Assembly (NCBI RefSeq): GCF_009914755.1
Contig: NC_060928.1
Source: the human T2T-CHM13v2.0 reference genome, Homo sapiens
Reading direction: 5' to 3' (one strand)
DNA length: 64,000 bases
Shown here: positions 59,539-64,000 of the stretch, one piece after another
Position numbering within the stretch: position 1 is the first letter of the stretch
How the letters are laid out: every line of letters begins with the position of its first letter
The notes under the pieces: model-generated
What the model was told of the DNA's origin: nothing
Databases searched by the model: none
Seen by the model: the letters and a program-made list of their open reading frames with translations, nothing else
Translations under genes and position numbers: made by a program

Positions 59539-60011
59539 ATTTCATTCTTTACAGATAAAAGTGACTATAAATAGATCTTCTGGTATTTCCTTCTTACACC
59601 ATAATGAGGCAATCTTTGCCCCACAATGAGGCAAGGAGGGCACCCCCTTTTAGAGACCTCTGCTTTACAAGGTTGACACTAACAGAAGCTGAATATCTGT
59701 TCAGTACGATTTTAGAGGCAATGGGCAACCTTCGATTGTTTAAAAGAGTATCTTGTATCCTCCACTTTACTGTAATTAAAAGACAAGCTTTTAAATGCAA
59801 ATATTCACTGGGTCTAACCTTGCAAAGATAATTTCAAATGTCCTTTTCTAATTCCTGGACAGCTTCTGATAGTGTCAACCTTGTAAAGCAGAGGTCTCTA
59901 AAAGGGGGTGTCCTCTTTGCTTCATTGTGGGGCACAAATTGCCCATTATGGTGTAAGAAGGAAATACCAAAAGATCTATTTATATTCACTTTTATGTGTA
60001 AAGAATGAAAT
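59539..60011. repeat. Long inverted repeat: arms 59539-59691 and 59860-60011, 168-bp spacer
   Basis: Manual alignment gives 9 substitutions and 1 indel over 153 bp. Confidence 0.97.
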
Positions 60012-60072
60012 ACACACACACACACACACACACACATATATTTTACATATGTTTTATACATATATATGTATA
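60012..60072. repeat. (CA)n followed by a TA-rich simple repeat
   Basis: Seen directly. Confidence 0.9.
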
Positions 60073-60209
60073 AAATAACCCCTTCTAAAATGTTGTCTTA
60101 AGTGATCTGGCTTTATCTAGTTATTAAAATATCTTTGTAAAATGTTAGCTGGTATCAGTTTACCCATTTCCCATTGCAGAGATATTTTCATATTTATAGA
60201 GGACACTGA

Positions 60210-60290
60210 AAAATAAAATTAATTTAAAAGTTAAATATAAATTAATTAATGTAAAAGTTAAAAATAAAATTAATTTAAAAGTTAAAAAAA
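60210..60290. repeat. AT-rich ~25-bp tandem repeat (aaaataaaattaatttaaaagtt), about 3 copies
   Basis: First and third copies identical; middle copy diverged. Confidence 0.8.
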
Positions 60291-63200
60291 AGCATATTTT
60301 TTCAGGTAGTGTTTTGGTACCCTGAGAGGCCCTGGGAGCAGGGTGGCTTCCCTGGTACCTCTAAGGCCATCTCTCATGTAACCCATCTGTTAGTTCTATT
60401 AGTATGGTGAATCCTGCTATTGCTATCATTAGAGTGTTAAATGTTTATCTCTCATTTAAGAGGCAGTTTTCTTTTTCCATAAAAAGTAACATATTTTCAT
60501 AGCACCCGAAGAACTAACAATATCAGAGACTCAGGGAGGCACAGAGTTAAACGACTGATGTTTTTCCCCAGTTTACTACGTGTCTTAGCTAGCGCTGGTG
60601 TTTCTGATCTGTCCCACTGTTGGCAACAAATCTCTCTTCAATTACAGGATCCAGCAGTATATATTTCTAATATATAAATTATAACCATCTACACTCCAGA
60701 AGTCACCATACACTTGTAACAGCTAAATTGGACAAAGTAATCCTAAATAAATCAATCAGGCCCTATTATACTGGTTTTTCTCTCTTAAATATAGTATTTT
60801 CAAGTAAGTACCACAACACTACCCCTAACTGTCTGCCAACAGTTTGTTTGCCAACTGCCAGGATAGGGCATTGTCTGTCTTGTATATACCAATTTGTTCA
60901 TAGTTCCTACATTATAAATTTTAAAAACAGTCATGGTGATTTCAAAAACAAGATGTCATATTTTAGAGGTCTAATTATGAGTTCAGATTTTACTGCTTAT
61001 TTTAGAAAATGTTAAATTTCAGGCTCATATTCTATCTACATCTGTGTATATAACAGCATTGCCTCAGAAGACAAGATATGGTGATTTTCAGTTGTTGATA
61101 AAACACATATTTGAATATAGTCCATATTTTTGGCTATGTTTTTAGATTGTGGAATATATGTTCTCAGAGCACACAGCTGGAAGAAGAGGGTGTTTACCTT
61201 GATTTCCGCTTAGAGAGAAGAAACACTGACAGAAACTTGTACAGTCTCCATTTACTTCAGCTGGTCACCACTATTTGTGATATTAGCTGAAATCATTCCA
61301 ATTAGAAAGCAAACGTGCATGCATGTTGTGAATTGTTTTTATAATTTGGTTTTTATATTTAAAAGTCTCCACGCTGTGGAGGCAGTGTCTAAGAGTTCCA
61401 CTCAAATGAGTTGATTCCCAATCACGCGTAATCATATTTTTATTGAGTACTCTCCAAACTTTATATAACCTTACCATTATTCCTAAAAAAGTTTTTCTTT
61501 TAACTATAAAAAAGACGGCAAATTATTTTAAAAGAAGAATTAAAAGAGACATTTGATAAATTATACATTTATACTACTACCTCTAGCCACATTTTTTTAA
61601 AGAAAAGATTCATTTTAGAGTTTTCATAAGTGAAGCTAAAAATAAATACTTCAGAGAAATATATAAAATATTAAATGTGTCATGTTCAAATTTGTTACAG
61701 AAAAAATTAACAAGCGAAAACCAAGACCTATTAACTAACTTACTAAAATAAATCAGTTTCCAAAGGATATGGAAGTTATTGAAAGAATGATGACATATAT
61801 CTTGAAAGTTTCTATACTTTTCTCATAAACTTGAGGTTTGTGGACTTTAAAGTGAAGTTTAAATCAAAGTTAACTCAATGAGTTCCTTGAAAAAAATTGG
61901 CATTGTAATAGGGCCAAATACCCAGCTGTTCTGTGGCCAAATTTGTCTCTTTATCCCAAAGTGAAAAATCTACAGACCATTTTGCTAGTTTGCTTTTATA
62001 CCACATTGATCAAATTTGTTACCCTTAATTTTTAAAATCAAAACAAGCCACAACTTTTTTTATTGGGGGAATTAACATTATATATTACATGTTTTCCAAA
62101 TATTTCAAAAGACTAAAATTCATGTGTTTGTTGGTTTGCAGTTTTTAGTAAAGTACCAGAAGGAAGGGGAAAGGTGTGGATATTGCTTCTTTGGGTTGTG
62201 TGTTTAGGAAGGAAGCAGCCAAGGATACACCTGCTTTTGGCACTGGCTTAGGCACTGGTACAGCAAATGCCAGGTGTCATCTCAGAAGAGGCAAGAAATA
62301 CGTGAAATACACACAGCCAAGCAAACAGACTTACACTGAAATGGTGTGATTTTCAACAAAAATATAACTGAGTTTATGGTCAACATACCACCATGTGATA
62401 CAATAAAGTATTAGCATTCTTGTTTTTCTGTCTCATACTACATGATTATTTTTTAACAACAGCAGCAAAGTATTTACTTTTTTTTTCTAGGAGGAAATTA
62501 ACATGGAAGCTTGACTGCATGCATGCTGAGTGTCACGTAATGTTACATTTGTAATACAGTGGAAAAATACAGCAGAATTTATCCTAACTTCAGGGAATAA
62601 AATGCAAAGTATTTTAAAATAGAGTATTTAAATCCTGGAGGATTTGATTTTAAAATCAGCTTTCAAAGCAAAGATTTTGTGGGGTTTACTATTTACTATC
62701 AACCACGCTGTGGCTTCTATTAAATGATTATGAGCCCACAGGGGAAGAATAAATTGTGTTCTTTAGAATAATCATTCTAAAATAAACATTTAGAGGTTCT
62801 AGATATTATTTCAGGGTCAAATGAATTAGTTGAACTATTTTGTTGGTTATATTGGGTATCCCTGCCTTTGACCCAATACAGATGACTATGAGACATATTT
62901 TCTTCCAAGTGATTAGCTGATGGCCACTGACTGGCAAGGTTCAGCTGCTACTATAGGTGTATAGGTCCCCAAAGCAAGACCTGACAAGAAGGCAGGTAGC
63001 AAAAAAGTGAGACAGAGAGAGAGAGAGAGAGCACTACTTGGTCACTATCGACCACCTTATCATGGAGAAACTAAGGAAAGGAGATTAAAATAATCTTAAT
63101 TAGCACATATGATGTGTAATTCACACTCTGTTCCTATGCTCTCGGTTGATTCAGTCATCATTATTCCATTTCCAATATCTGCTCATCCATCATACCAAAA

Positions 63201-64000
63201 TGATAAGTCCTAACGACGACAACAAAAACACATTCAGTTTTAAAGTAAAAATTCTGACCTCTAGATAGGCTGAAGAGAATTGCTATAGAAATAAATATAG
63301 GAAGAGAAGAGATACACTTTATTTCTACTTTTCTCCCCTTCATGTCAAATAATTTGTTAGAGTTTTAAAATACATTTTTCTCCCTTCCACAACAGAGTCT
63401 GGTCGATAAATCCAAGTGAGAAAACTAAAATCTGAAACAACAAGGTTCACGCAGCCAACTAGAAAAGTCTCTACATTAAGCTGACGACTGACCTACTGTG
63501 GCTATTTCCAAGGTAGCATTCCATCGACCTGGTATTGGCAATGTTGTGACAATAGTCTTTACTCTTTAACATTCATACTTCACCATATGAATGTTAAACA
63601 GACCCAGGACAAATAAGCTGAGGGTGGGGGCTTCTCTTGTCCTTAGAAGGATATTTTTCAATTACATATTTTGTTACATCCTAAGAGATAAAAGCTGTAT
63701 CTGCAAGTGATTAAAAGATGTTTTATATTCATGGTTTCATTTCTGCTGAAATAAATGCGTAATTTAAACCAAACATAATTCATAGCAATTTAGGCCTATT
63801 ACAGAGTTCTAGCTTCTTTTTTATGATAGTTACTAATTAAAACAGAGTGTTACTGCCACACTAAGCCTAAGTCTTTGACATACAGGTTTAATGAATAAAA
63901 TGTCCTGACACAAAAATGAAAGCAATAATGCAGACAAGGCTGCAAGCTGTTATGTTTCAAGTGTGTGGTAAAGATTAAGGGCATTCACTGAAGTGATGAA

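Noticed and set aside
59604-60061. Two opposite-strand ORFs sharing PPFRDLCFTRLTL
   Set aside because: A by-product of the DNA inverted repeat; no evidence of coding function.

Overview
Primate (human-like) AT-rich genomic DNA with no prokaryotic features. The only supported protein-coding gene is NDNF (neuron-derived neurotrophic factor) on the minus strand. Its three coding exons (40131-39944, 34347-34223, 31940-30547; 188+125+1394 = 1707 nt, 568 aa) have canonical GT-AG junctions. The non-coding first exon is not seen, so 40133-64000 is read as intron 1. The rest is mostly interspersed repeats: about 14 Alu/FAM, L1, L2, MIR, MER1B, MER5, a complete THE1 MaLR provirus, a MER54-like solo LTR, a decayed class-I ERV pol and a tailless 7SK retrocopy. 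The most notable unexplained structures are: (1) a non-Alu ~152-bp inverted duplication in intron 1, able to form a long RNA duplex; (2) a 26-nt micro-retrocopy of unknown donor with a perfect 14-bp TSD; (3) a head-to-head Alu fusion with a palindromic templated junction; (4) an exon-3 architecture in which skipping would give a 63-aa secreted product; (5) a promoter-like motif cluster with an antisense splice donor. I found no convincing evidence of a wholly new multi-gene system. Repeat subfamily names and old-repeat boundaries are by-eye estimates.
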